DNA of 64,000 nucleotides from Balanoglossus misakiensis (lineage: Eukaryota > Animalia > Hemichordata). The position numbers were made by a program, and so were the translations under genes. The stretch covers positions 4,221,244 to 4,285,243 of the forward strand of contig CM082597.2 of the NCBI GenBank assembly GCA_040954595.2. Direction: 5' to 3'. A model generated the notes under the pieces. That model saw only the letters and a program-made list of their open reading frames with translations. It did no database searches and was not told the origin of the DNA. This document shows, piece after piece, positions 1 through 15,000 of this stretch. Numbering within the stretch: position 1 is the stretch's first letter; each line of letters opens with the position of its first letter.

Positions 1-3000
1 TCGGCCGATTTGAACATTTTTCATGGGTTAACCATCATGGTTTTTGTCGAAAAACCACGAATTTTCGAGTTGCCGAATTTCGAGATTTTCGGCCGATTTG
101 AACATTTTTCATGGGTTAACCATCATGGTTTTTGTCGAAAAACCACGAATTTTCGAGTTGCCGAATTTCGAGATTTTCGGCCGATTTGAACATTTTTCAT
201 GGGTTAACCATCATGGTTTTTGTCGAAAAACCACGAATTTTCGAGTTGCCGAATTTCGAGATTTTCGGCCGATTTGAACATTTTTCATGGGTTAACCATC
301 ATGGTTTTTGTCGAAAAACCACGAATTTTCGAGTTGCCGAATTTCGAGATTTTCGGCCGATTTGAACATTTTTCATGGGTTAACCATCATGGTTTTTGTC
401 GAAAAACCACGAATTTTCGAGTTGCCGAATTTCGAGATTTTCGGCCGATTTGAACATTTTTCATGGGTTAACCATCATGGTTTTTGTCGAAAAACCACGA
501 ATTTTCGAGTTGCCGAATTTCGAGATTTTCGGCCCTTTTGAACATTTTTCATGGGTTAACCATCATGGTTTTTGTCGAAAAACCACGAATTTTCGAGTTG
601 CCGAATTTCGAGATTTTCGGCCCTTTTGAACATTTTTCATGGGTTAACCATCATGGTTTTTGTCGAAAAACCACGAATTTTCGAGTTGCCGAATTTCGAG
701 ATTTTCGGCCGATTTGAACATTTTTCATGGGTTAACCATCATGGTTTTTGTCGAAAAACCACGAATTTTCGAGTTGCCGAATTTCGAGATTTTCGGCCGA
801 TTTGAACATTTTTCATGGGTTAACCATCATGGTTTTTGTCGAAAAACCACGAATTTTCGAGTTGCCGAATTTGGAGATTTTCGGCCCTTTTGAACATTTT
901 TCATGGGTTAACCATCATGGTTTTTGTCGAAAAACCACGAATTTTCGAGTTGCCGAATTTCGAGATTTTCGGCCGATTTGAACATTTTTCATGGGTTAAC
1001 CATCATGGTTTTTGTCGAAAAACCACGAATTATCGAGTTGCCGAATTTCGATATTTTCGGCCGATTTGAACATTTTTCATGGGTTAACCATCATGGTTTT
1101 TGTCGAAAAACCACGAATTTTCGAGTTGCCGAATTTCGAGATTTTCGGCCGATTTGAACATTTTTCATGGGTTAACCATCATGGTTTTTGTCGAAAAACC
1201 ACGAATTTTCGAGTTGCCGAATTTCGAGATTTTCGGCCGATTTGAACATTTTTCATGGGTTAACCATCATGGTTTTTGTCGAAAAACCACGAATTTTCGA
1301 GTTGCCGAATTTCGAGATTTTCGGCCGATTTGAACATTTTTCATGGGTTAACCATCATGGTTTTTGTCGAAAAACCACGAATTTTCGAGTTGCCGAATTT
1401 CGAGATTTTCGGCCGATTTGAACATTTTTCATGGGTTAACCATCATGGTTTTTGTCGAAAAACCACGAATTTTCGAGTTGCCGAATTTCGAGATTTTCGG
1501 CCGATTTGAACATTTTTCATGGGTTAACCATCATGGTTTTTGTCGAAAAACCACGAATTTTCGAGTTGCCGAATTTCGAGATTTTCGGCCGATTTGAACA
1601 TTTTTCATGGGTTAACCATCATGGTTTTTGTCGAAAAACCACGAATTTTCGAGTTGCCGAATTTCGAGATTTTCGGCCGATTTGAACATTTTTCATGGGT
1701 TAACCATCATGGTTTTTGTCGAAAAACCACGAATTTTCGAGTTGCCGAATTTCGAGATTTTCGGCCGATTTGAACATTTTTCATGGGTTAACCATCATGG
1801 TTTTTGTCGAAAAACCACGAATTTTCGAGTTGCCGAATTTCGAGATTTTCGGCCGATTTGAACATTTTTCATGGGTTAACCATCATGGTTTTTGTCGAAA
1901 AACCGCGAATTTTCGAGTTGCCGAATTTCGAGATTTTCGGCCGATTTGAACATTTTTCATGGGTTAACCATCATGGTTTTTGTCGAAAAACCGCGAATTT
2001 TCGAGTTGCCGAATTTCGAGATTTTCGGCCCATTTGAACATTTTTCATGGGTTAACCATCATGGTTTTTGTCGAAAAACCACGAATTTTCGAGTTGCCGA
2101 ATTTCGAGATTTTCGGCCGATTTTGAACATTTTTCATGGGTTAACCATCATGGTTTTTGTCGAAAAACCACGAATTTTCGAGTTGCCGAATTTCGAGATT
2201 TTCGGCCGATTTGAACATTTTTCATGGGTTAACCATCATGGTTTTTGTCGAAAAACCACGAATTTTCGAGTTGCCGAATTTCGAGATTTTCGGCCGATTT
2301 GAACATTTTTCATGGGTTAACCATCATGGTTTTTGTCGAAAAACCACGAATTTTCGAGTTGCCGAATTTCGAGATTTTCGGCCGATTTGAACATTTTTCA
2401 TGGGTTAACCATCATGGTTTTTGTCGAAAAACCACGAATTTTCGAGTTGCCGAATTTCGAGATTTTCGGCCGATTTGAACATTTTTCATGGGTTAACCAT
2501 CATGGTTTTTGTCGAAAAACCACGAATTTTCGAGTTGCCGAATTTCGAGATTTTCGGCCGATTTGAACATTTTTCATGGGTTAACCATCATGGTTTTTGT
2601 CGAAAAACCACGAATTTTCGAGTTGCCGAATTTCGAGATTTTCGGCCGATTTGAACATTTTTCATGGGTTAACCATCATGGTTTTTGTCGAAAAACCACG
2701 AATTTTCGAGTTGCCGAATTTCGAGATTTTCGGCCGATTTGAACATTTTTCATGGGTTAACCATCATGGTTTTTGTCGAAAAACCACGAATTTTCGAGTT
2801 GCCGAATTTCGAGATTTTCGGCCGATTTGAACATTTTTCATGGGTTAACCATCATGGTTTTTGTCGAAAAACCACGAATTTTCGAGTTGCCGAATTTCGA
2901 GATTTTCGGCCGATTTGAACATTTTTCATGGGTTAACCATCATGGTTTTTGTCGAAAAACCACGAATTTTCGAGTTGCCGAATTTCGAGATTTTCGGCCG

Positions 3001-6000
3001 ATTTGAACATTTTTCATGGTTAACCATCATGGTTTTTGTCGAAAAACCACGAATTTTCGAGTTGCCGAATTTCGAGATTTTCGGCCGATTTGAACATTTT
3101 TCATGGGTTAACCATCATGGTTTTTGTCGAAAAACCACGAATTTTCGAGTTGCCGAATTTCGAGATTTTCGGCCGATTTGAACATTTTTCATGGGTTAAC
3201 CATCATGGTTTTTGTCGAAAAACCACGAATTTTCGAGTTGCCGAATTTCGAGATTTTCGGCCGATTTGAACATTTTTCATGGGTTAACCATCATGGTTTT
3301 TGTCGAAAACCACGAATTTTCGAGTTGCCGAATTTCGAGATTTTCGGCCGATTTGAACATTTTTCATGGGTTAACCATCATGGTTTTTGTCGAAAAACCA
3401 CGAATTTTCGAGTTGCCGAATTTCGAGATTTTCGGCCGATTTGAACATTTTTCATGGGTTAACCATCATGGTTTTTGTCGAAAAACCACGAATTTTCGAG
3501 TTGCCGAATTTCGAGATTTTCGGCCGATTTGAACATTTTTCATGGGTTAACCATCATGGTTTTTGTCGAAAAACCACGAATTTTCGAGTTGCCGAATTTC
3601 GAGATTTTCGGCCGATTTGAACATTTTTCATGGGTTAACCATCATGGTTTTTGTCGAAAAACCACGAATTTTCGAGTTGCCGAATTTCGAGATTTTCGGC
3701 CGATTTGAACATTTTTCATGGGTTAACCATCATGGTTTTTGTCGAAAAACCACGAATTTTCGAGTTGCCGAATTTCGAGATTTTCGGCCGATTTGAACAT
3801 TTTTCATGGGTTAACCATCATGGTTTTTGTCGAAAAACCACGAATTTTCGAGTTGCCGAATTTCGAGATTTTCGGCCGATTTGAACATTTTTCATGGGTT
3901 AACCATCATGGTTTTTGTCGAAAAACCACGAATTTTCGAGTTGCCGAATTTCGAGATTTTCGGCCGATTTGAACATTTTTCATGGGTTAACCATCATGGT
4001 TTTTGTCGAAAAACCACGAATTTTCGAGTTGCCGAATTTCGAGATTTTCGGCCGATTTGAACATTTTTCATGGGTTAACCATCATGGTTTTTGTCGAAAA
4101 ACCACGAATTTTCGAGTTGCCGAATTTCGAGATTTTCGGCCGATTTGAACATTTTTCATGGGTTAACCATCATGGTTTTTGTCGAAAAACCACGAATTTT
4201 CGAGTTGCCGAATTTCGAGATTTTCGGCCGATTTGAACATTTTTCATGGGTTAACCATCATGGTTTTTGTCGAAAAACCACGAATTTTCGAGTTGCCGAA
4301 TTTCGAGATTTTCGGCCGATTTGAACATTTTTCATGGGTTAACCATCATGGTTTTTGTCGAAAAACCACGAATTTTCGAGTTGCCGAATTTCGAGATTTT
4401 CGGCCGATTTGAACATTTTTCATGGGTTAACCATCATGGTTTTTGTCGAAAAACCACGAATTTTCGAGTTGCCGAATTTCGAGATTTTCGGCCGATTTGA
4501 ACATTTTTCATGGGTTAACCATCATGGTTTTTGTCGAAAAACCACGAATTTTCGAGTTGCCGAATTTCGAGATTTTCGGCCGATTTGAACATTTTTCATG
4601 GGTTAACCATCATGGTTTTTGTCGAAAAACCACGAATTTTCGAGTTGCCGAATTTCGAGATTTTCGGCCGATTTGAACATTTTTCATGGGTTAACCATCA
4701 TGGTTTTTGTCGAAAAACCACGAATTTTCGAGTTGCCGAATTTCGAGATTTTCGGCCGATTTGAACATTTTTCATGGGTTAACCATCATGGTTTTTGTCG
4801 AAAAACCACGAATTTTCGAGTTGCCGAATTTCGAGATTTTCGGCCGATTTGAACATTTTTCATGGGTTAACCATCATGGTTTTTGTCGAAAAACCACGAA
4901 TTTTCGAGTTGCCGAATTTCGAGATTTTCGGCCGATTTGAACATTTTTCATGGGTTAACCATCATGGTTTTTGTCGAAAAACCACGAATTTTCGAGTTGC
5001 CGAATTTCGAGATTTTCGGCCGATTTGAACATTTTCATGGGTTAACCATCATGGTTTTTGTCGAAAAACCACGAATTTTCGAGTTGCCGAATTTCGAGAT
5101 TTTCGGCCGATTTGAACATTTTTCATGGGTTAACCATCATGGTTTTTGTCGAAAAACCACGAATTTTCGAGTTGCCGAATTTCGAGATTTTCGGCCGATT
5201 TGAACATTTTTCATGGGTTAACCATCATGGTTTTTGTCGAAAAACCACGAATTTTCGAGTTGCCGAATTCGAGATTTTCGGCCGATTTGAACATTTTTCA
5301 TGGGTTAACCATCATGGTTTTTGTCGAAAAACCACGAATTTTCGAGTTGCCGAATTTCGAGATTTTCGGCCGATTTGAACATTTTTCATGGGTTAACCAT
5401 CATGGTTTTTGTCGAAAAACCACGAATTTTCGAGTTGCCGAATTTCGAGATTTTCGGCCGATTTGAACATTTTTCATGGGTTAACCATCATGGTTTTTGT
5501 CGAAAAACCACGAATTTTCGAGTTGCCGAATTTCGAGATTTTCGGCCGATTTGAACATTTTTCATGGGTTAACCATCATGGTTTTTGTCGAAAAACCACG
5601 AATTTTCGAGTTGCCGAATTTCGAGATTTTCGGCCGATTTGAACATTTTTCATGGGTTAACCATCATGGTTTTTGTCGAAAAACCACGAATTTTCGAGTT
5701 GCCGAATTTCGAGATTTTCGGCCGATTTGAACATTTTTCATGGGTTAACCATCATGGTTTTTGTCGAAAAACCACGAATTTTCGAGTTGCCGAATTTCGA
5801 GATTTTCGGCCGATTTGAACATTTTTCATGGGTTAACCATCATGGTTTTTGTCGAAAAACCACGAATTTTCGAGTTGCCGAATTTCGAGATTTTCGGCCG
5901 ATTTGAACATTTTTCATGGGTTAACCATCATGGTTTTTGTCGAAAAACCACGAATTTTCGAGTTGCCGAATTTCGAGATTTTCGGCCGATTTGAACATTT

Positions 6001-9000
6001 TTCATGGGTTAACCATCATGGTTTTTGTCGAAAAACCACGAATTTTCGAGTTGCCGAATTTCGAGATTTTCGGCCGATTTGAACATTTTTCATGGGTTAA
6101 CCATCATGGTTTTTGTCGAAAAACCACGAATTTTCGAGTTGCCGAATTTCGAGATTTTCGGCCGATTTGAACATTTTTCATGGGTTAACCATCATGGTTT
6201 TTGTCGAAAAACCACGAATTTTCGAGTTGCCGAATTTCGAGATTTTCGGCCGATTTGAACATTTTTCATGGGTTAACCATCATGGTTTTTGTCGAAAAAC
6301 CACGAATTTTCGAGTTGCCGAATTTCGAGATTTTCGGCCGATTTGAACATTTTTCATGGGTTAACCATCATGGTTTTTGTCGAAAAACCACGAATTTTCG
6401 AGTTGCCGAATTTCGAGATTTTCGGCCGATTTGAACATTTTTCATGGGTTAACCATCATGGTTTTTGTCGAAAAACCACGAATTTTCGAGTTGCCGAATT
6501 TCGAGATTTTCGGCCGATTTGAACATTTTTCATGGGTTAACCATCATGGTTTTTGTCGAAAAACCACGAATTTTCGAGTTGCCGAATTTCGAGATTTTCG
6601 GCCGATTTGAACATTTTTCATGGGTTAACCATCATGGTTTTTGTCGAAAAACCACGAATTTTCGAGTTGCCGAATTTCGAGATTTTCGGCCGATTTGAAC
6701 ATTTTTCATGGGTTAACCATCATGGTTTTTGTCGAAAAACCACGAATTTTCGAGTTGCCGAATTTCGAGATTTTCGGCCGATTTGAACATTTTTCATGGG
6801 TTAACCATCATGGTTTTTGTCGAAAAACCACGAATTTTCGAGTTGCCGAATTTCGAGATTTTCGGCCGATTTGAACATTTTTCATGGGTTAACCATCATG
6901 GTTTTTGTCGAAAAACCACGAATTTTCGAGTTGCCGAATTTCGAGATTTTCGGCCGATTTGAACATTTTTCATGGGTTAACCATCATGGTTTTTGTCGAA
7001 AAACCACGAATTTTCGAGTTGCCGAATTTCGAGATTTTCGGCCGATTTGAACATTTTTCATGGGTTAACCATCATGGTTTTTGTCGAAAAACCACGAATT
7101 TTCGAGTTGCCGAATTTCGAGATTTTCGGCCGATTTGAACATTTTTCATGGGTTAACCATCATGGTTTTTGTCGAAAAACCACGAATTTTCGAGTTGCCG
7201 AATTTCGAGATTTTCGGCCGATTTGAACATTTTTCATGGGTTAACCATCATGGTTTTTGTCGAAAAACCACGAATTTTCGAGTTGCCGAATTTCGAGATT
7301 TTCGGCCGATTTGAACATTTTTCATGGGTTAACCATCATGGTTTTTGTCGAAAAACCACGAATTTTCGAGTTGCCGAATTTCGAGATTTTCGGCCGATTT
7401 GAACATTTTTCATGGGTTAACCATCATGGTTTTTGTCGAAAAACCACGAATTTCGAGTTGCCGAATTTCGAGATTTTCGGCCGATTTGAACATTTTTCAT
7501 GGGTTAACCATCATGGTTTTTGTCGAAAAACCACGAATTTTCGAGTTGCCGAATTTCGAGATTTTCGGCCGATTTGAACATTTTTCATGGGTTAACCATC
7601 ATGGTTTTTGTCGAAAAACCACGAATTTTCGAGTTGCCGAATTTCGAGATTTTCGGCCGATTTGAACATTTTTCATGGGTTAACCATCATGGTTTTTGTC
7701 GAAAAACCACGAATTTTCGAGTTGCCGAATTTCGAGATTTTCGGCCGATTTGAACATTTTTCATGGGTTAACCATCATGGTTTTTGTCGAAAAACCACGA
7801 ATTTTCGAGTTGCCGAATTTCGAGATTTTCGGCCGATTTGAACATTTTTCATGGGTTAACCATCATGGTTTTTGTCGAAAAACCACGAATTTTCGAGTTG
7901 CCGAATTTCGAGATTTTCGGCCGATTTGAACATTTTTCATGGGTTAACCATCATGGTTTTTGTCGAAAAACCACGAATTTTCGAGTTGCCGAATTTCGAG
8001 ATTTTCGGCCGATTTGAACATTTTTCATGGGTTAAACCATCATGGTTTTTGTCGAAAAACCACGAATTTTCGAGTTGCCGAATTTCGAGATTTTCGGCCG
8101 ATTTGAACATTTTTCATGGGTTAACCATCATGGTTTTTGTCGAAAAACCACGAATTTTCGAGTTGCCGAATTTCGAGATTTTCGGCGATTTGAACATTTT
8201 TCATGGGTTAACCATCATGGTTTTTGTCGAAAAACCACGAATTTTCGAGTTGCCGAATTTCGAGATTTTCGGCCGATTTGAACATTTTTCATGGGTTAAC
8301 CATCATGGTTTTTGTCGAAAAACACGAATTTTCGAGTTGCCGAATTTCGAGATTTTCGGCCGATTTGAACATTTTTCATGGGTTAACCATCATGGTTTTT
8401 GTCGAAAAACCACGAATTTTCGAGTTGCCGAATTTCGAGATTTTCGGCCGATTTGAACATTTTTCATGGGTTAACCATCATGGTTTTTGTCGAAAAACCA
8501 CGAATTTTCGAGTTGCCGAATTTCGAGATTTTCGGCCGATTTGAACATTTTTCATGGGTTAACCATCATGGTTTTTGTCGAAAAACCACGAATTTTCGAG
8601 TTGCCGAATTTCGAGATTTTCGGCCGATTTGAACATTTTTCATGGGTTAACCATCATGGTTTTTGTCGGAAAAACCACGAATTTTCGAGTTGCCGAATTT
8701 CGAGATTTTCGGCCGATTTGAACATTTTTCATGGGTTAACCATCATGGTTTTTGTCGAAAAACCACGAATTTTCGAGTTGCCGAATTTCGAGATTTTCGG
8801 CCGATTTGAACATTTTTCATGGGTTAACCATCATGGTTTTTGTCGAAAAACCACGAATTTTCGAGTTGCCGAATTTCGAGATTTTCGGCCGATTTGAACA
8901 TTTTTCATGGGTTAACCATCATGGTTTTTGTCGAAAAACCACGAATTTTCGAGTTGCCGAATTTCGAGATTTTCGGCCGATTTGAACATTTTTCATGGGT

Positions 9001-12000
9001 TAACCATCATGGTTTTTGTCGAAAAACCACGAATTTTCGAGTTGCCGAATTTCGAGATTTTCGGCCGATTTGAACATTTTTCATGGGTTAACCATCATGG
9101 TTTTTGTCGAAAAACCACGAATTTTCGAGTTGCCGAATTTCGAGATTTTCGGCCGATTTGAACATTTTTCATGGGTTAACCATCATGGTTTTTGTCGAAA
9201 AACCACGAATTTTCGAGTTGCCGAATTTCGAGATTTTCGGCCGATTTGAACATTTTTCATGGGTTAACCATCATGGTTTTTGTCGAAAAACCACGAATTT
9301 TCGAGTTGCCGAATTTCGAGATTTTCGGCCGATTTGAACATTTTTCATGGGTTAACCATCATGGTTTTTGTCGAAAAACCACGAATTTTCGAGTTGCCGA
9401 ATTTCGAGATTTTCGGCCGATTTGAACATTTTTCATGGGTTAACCATCATGGTTTTTGTCGAAAAACCACGAATTTTCGAGTTGCCGAATTTCGAGATTT
9501 TCGGCCGATTTGAACATTTTTCATGGGTTAACCATCATGGTTTTTGTCGAAAAACCACGAATTTTCGAGTTGCCGAATTTCGAGATTTTCGGCCGATTTG
9601 AACATTTTTCATGGGTTAACCATCATGGTTTTTGTCGAAAAACCACGAATTTTCGAGTTGCCGAATTTCGAGATTTTCGGCCGATTTGAACATTTTCATG
9701 GGTTAACCATCATGGTTTTTGTCGAAAAACCACGAATTTCGAGTTGCCGAATTTCGAGATTTTCGGCCGATTTGAACATTTTTCATGGGTTAACCATCAT
9801 GGTTTTTGTCGAAAAACCACGAATTTTCGAGTTGCCGAATTTCGAGATTTTCGGCCGATTTGAACATTTTTCATGGGTTAACCATCATGGTTTTTGTCGA
9901 AAAACCACGAATTTTCGAGTTGCCGAATTTCGAGATTTTCGGCCGATTTGAACATTTTTCATGGGTTAACCATCATGGTTTTTGTCGAAAACCACGAATT
10001 TTCGAGTTGCCGAATTTCGAGATTTTCGGCCGATTTGAACATTTTTCATGGGTTAACCATCATGGTTTTTGTCGAAAAACCACGAATTTTCGAGTTGCCG
10101 AATTTCGAGATTTTCGGCCGATTTGAACATTTTTCATGGGTTAACCATCATGGTTTTTGTCGAAAAACCACGAATTTTCGAGTTGCCGAATTTCGAGATT
10201 TTCGGCCGATTTGAACATTTTTCATGGGTTAACCATCATGGTTTTTGTCGAAAAACCACGAATTTTCGAGTTGCCGAATTTCGAGATTTTCGGCCGATTT
10301 GAACATTTTTCATGGGTTAACCATCATGGTTTTGTCGAAAAACCACGAATTTTCGAGTTGCCGAATTTCGAGATTTTCGGCCGATTTGAACATTTTTCAT
10401 GGGTTAACCATCATGGTTTTTGTCGAAAAACCACGAATTTTCGAGTTGCCGAATTTCGAGATTTTCGGCCGATTTGAACATTTTTCATGGGTTAACCATC
10501 ATGGTTTTTGTCGAAAACATGGTTTTTGTCGAAAAAGCACGAATTTTCGAGTTGCCGAATTTCGAGAAGATTTTCGGGCCCATGGGGGGCGATTTGAACA
10601 TTTGTCATGGGTTAACCATCATGGTTTTTGTCGAAAAAGCACGAATTTTCGAGTTGCCGAATTTCGAGATTTTCGGCCCTTTTGAACATTTTTCATGGGT
10701 TAACCATCATGGTTTTTGTCGAAAAAGCACGAATTTTCGAGTTGCCGAATTTCGATTTTCGGCCCTTTTGAACATTTTTCATGGGTTAACCATCATGGTT
10801 TTTGTCGAAAAACCACGAATTTTCGAGTTGCCGAATTTCGAGATTTTCGGCCGATTTGAACATTTTTCATGGGTTAACCATCATGGTTTTTGTCGAAAAA
10901 CCACGAATTTTCGAGTTGCCGAATTTCGAGATTTTCGGCCGATTTGAACATTTTTCATGGGTTAACCATCATGGTTTTTGTCGAAAAAGCACGAATTTTC
11001 GAGTTGCCGAATTTCGAGATTTTCGGCCGATTTGAACATTTTTCATGGGTTAACCATCATGGTTTTTGTCGAAAAAGCACGAATTTTCGAGTTGCCGAAT
11101 TTCGAGATTTTCGGCCCTTTTGAACATTTTTCATGGGTTAACCATCATGGTTTTTGTCGAAAAACCACGAATTTTCGAGTTGCCGAATTTCGAGATTTTC
11201 GGCCCTTTTGAACATTTTTCATGGGTTAACCATCATGGTTTTTGTCGAAAAACCACGAATTTTCGAGTTGCCGATTTTCGAGATTTTCGGCCGATTTGAA
11301 CATTTTTCATGGGTTAACCATCATGGTTTTTGTCGAAAAACCACGAATTTTCGAGTTGCCGAATTTCGAGATTTTCGGCCGATTTGAACATTTTTCATGG
11401 GTTAACCATCATGGTTTTTGTCGAAAAACCACGAATTTTCGAGTTGCCGAATTTCGAGATTTTCGGCCGATTTGAACATTTTTCATGGGTTAACCATCAT
11501 GGTTTTTGTCGAAAAACCACGAATTTTCGAGTTGCCGAATTTCGAGATTTTCGGCCGATTTGAACATTTTTCATGGGTTAACCATCATGGTTTTTGTCGA
11601 AAAACCACGAATTTTCGAGTTGCCGAATTTCGAGATTTTCGGCCGATTTGAACATTTTTCATGGGTTAACCATCATGGTTTTTGTCGAAAAACCACGAAT
11701 TTTCGAGTTGCCGAATTTCGAGATTTTCGGCCGATTTGAACATTTTTCATGGGTTAACCATCATGGTTTTTGTCGAAAAACCACGAATTTTCGAGTTGCC
11801 GAATTTCGAGATTTTCGGCCGATTTGAACATTTTTCATGGGTTAACCATCATGGTTTTTGTCGAAAAACCACGAATTTTCGAGTTGCCGAATTTCGAGAT
11901 TTTCGGCCGATTTGAACATTTTTCATGGGTTAACCATCAGGGTTTTTGTCGAAAAAGCACGAATTTTCGAGTTGCCGAATTTCGAGATTTTCGGCCGATT

Positions 12001-15000
12001 TGAACATTTTTCATGGGTTAACCATCAGGGTTTTTGTCGAAAAAGCACGAATTTTCGAGTTGCCGAATTTCGAGATTTTCGGCCGATTTGAACATTTTTC
12101 ATGGGTTAACCATCATGGTTTTTGTCGAAAAACCACGAATTTTCGAGTTGCCGAATTTCGAGATTTTCGGCCGATTTGAACATTTTTCATGGGTTAACCA
12201 TCATGGTTTTTGTCGAAAAAGCACGAATTTTCGAGTTGCCGAATTTCGAGATTTTCGGCCGATTTGAACATTTTTCATGGGTTAACCATCATGGTTTTTG
12301 TCGAAAAAGCACGAATTTTCGAGTTGCCGAATTTCGAGATTTTCGGCCGATTTGAACATTTTTCATGGGTTAACCATCATGGTTTTTGTCGAAAAAGCAC
12401 GAACTTTCGAGTTGCCGAATTTCGAGATTTTCGGCCCTTTTGAACATTTTTCATGGGTTAACCATCATGGTTTTTGTCGAAAAAGCACGAATTTTCGAGT
12501 TGCCGAATTTCGAGATTTTCGGCCGATTTGAACATTTTTCATGGGTTAACCATCATGGTTTTTGTCGAAAAAGCACGAACTTTCGAGTTGCCGAATTTCG
12601 AGATTTTCGGCCCTTTTGAACATTTTTCATGGGTTAACCATCATGGTTTTTGTCGAAAAAGCACGAATTTTCGAGTTGCCGAATTTCGAGATTTTCGGCC
12701 CTTTTGAACATTTTTCATGGGTTAACCATCATGGTTTTTGTCGAAAAACCACGAATTTTCGAGTTGCCGATTTTCGAGATTTTCGGCCGATTTGAACATT
12801 TTTCATGGGTTAACCATCATGGTTTTTGTCGAAAAACCACGAATTTTCGAGTTGCCGAATTTCGAGATTTTCGGCCGATTTGAACATTTTTCATGGGTTA
12901 ACCATCATGGTTTTTGTCGAAAAACCACGAATTTTCGAGTTGCCGAATTTCGAGATTTTCGGCCGATTTGAACATTTTTCATGGGTTAACCATCATGGTT
13001 TTTGTCGAAAAACCACGAATTTTCGAGTTGCCGAATTTCGAGATTTTCGGCCGATTTGAACATTTTTCATGGGTTAACCATCATGGTTTTTGTCGAAAAA
13101 CCACGAATTTTCGAGTTGCCGAATTTCGAGATTTTCGGCCGATTTGAACATTTTTCATGGGTTAACCATCATGGTTTTTGTCGAAAAACCACGAATTTTC
13201 GAGTTGCCGAATTTCGAGATTTTCGGCCGATTTGAACATTTTTCATGGGTTAACCATCATGGTTTTTGTCGAAAAACCACGAATTTTCGAGTTGCCGAAT
13301 TTCGAGATTTTCGGCCGATTTGAACATTTTTCATGGGTTAACCATCATGGTTTTTGTCGAAAAACCACGAATTTTCGAGTTGCCGAATTTCGAGATTTTC
13401 GGCCGATTTGAACATTTTTCATGGGTTAACCATCATGGTTTTTGTCGAAAAAGCACGAATTTTCGAGTTGCCGAATTTCGAGATTTTCGGCCTTTTGAAC
13501 ATTTTTCATGGGTTAACCATCATGGTTTTTGTCGAAAAAGCACGAATTTTCGAGTTGCCGAATTTCGAGATTTTCTGCCGATTTGAACATTTTTCATGGG
13601 TTAACCATCATGGTTTTTGTCGAAAAACCACGAATTTTCGAGTTGCCGAATTTCGAGATTTTCGGCCGATTTGAACATTTTTCATGGGTTAACCATCATG
13701 GTTTTTGTCGAAAAACCACGAATTTTCGAGTTGCCGAATTTCGAGATTTTCGGCCGATTTGAGCATTTTTCATGGGTTAACCATCATGGTTTTTGTCGAA
13801 AAACCACGAATTTTCGAGTTGCCGAATTTCGAGATTTTCGGCCGATTTGAACATTTTTCATGGGTTAACCATCATGGTTTTTGTCGAAAAACCACGAATT
13901 TTCGAGTTGCCGAATTTCGAGATTTTCGGTCGATTTGAACATTTTTCATGGGTTAACCATCATGGTTTTTGTCGAAAAACCACGAATTTTCGAGTTGCCG
14001 AATTTCGAGATTTTCGGCCGATTTGAACATTTTTCATGGGTTAACCATCATGGTTTTTGTCGAAAAACCACGAATTTTCGAGTTGCCGAATTTCGAGATT
14101 TTCGGCCGATTTGAACATTTTTCATGGGTTAACCATCATGGTTTTTGTCGAAAAACCACGAATTTTCGAGTTGCCGAATTTCGAGATTTTCGGCCGATTT
14201 GAACATTTTTCATGGGTTAACCATCATGGTTTTTGTCGAAAAACCACGAATTTTCGAGTTGCCGAATTTCGAGATTTTCGGCCGATTTGAACATTTTTCA
14301 TGGGTTAACCATCATGGTTTTTGTCGAAAAAGCACGAATTTTCGAGTTGCCGAATTTCGAGATTTTCGGCCGATTTGAACATTTTTCATGGGTTAACCAT
14401 CATGGTTTTTGTCGAAAAAGCACGAATTTTCGAGTTGCCGAATTTCGAGATTTTCGGCCGATTTGAACATTTTTCATGGGTTAACCATCATGGTTTTTGT
14501 CGAAAAAGCACGAATTTTCGAGTTGCCGAATTTCGAGATTTTCGGCCGATTTGAACATTTTTCATGGGTTAACCATCATGGTTTTTGTCGAAAAAGCACG
14601 AATTTTCGAGTTGCCGAATTTCGAGATTTTCGGCCGATTTGAACATTTTTCATGGGTTAACCATCATGGTTTTTGTCGAAAAACCACGAATTTTCGAGTT
14701 GCCGAATTTCGAGATTTTCGGCCGATTTGAACATTTTTCATGGGTTAACCATCATGGTTTTTGTCGAAAAACCACGAATTTTCGAGTTGCCGAATTTCGA
14801 GATTTTCGGCCGATTTGAACATTTTTCATGGGTTAACCATCATGGTTTTTGTCGAAAAACCACGAATTTTCGAGTTGCCGAATTTCGAGATTTTCGGCCG
14901 ATTTGAACATTTTTCATGGGTTAACCATCATGGTTTTTGTCGAAAAACCACGAATTTTCGAGTTGCCGAATTTCGAGATTTTCGGCCGATTTGAACATTT

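Noticed and set aside
78-94. CENP-B-box-like motif tTTCGagattttCGGcc in each monomer
   Set aside because: Only 7 of 9 essential positions match (A10 and G16 missing). Such partial matches are easy to obtain in a TTCG-rich repeat.
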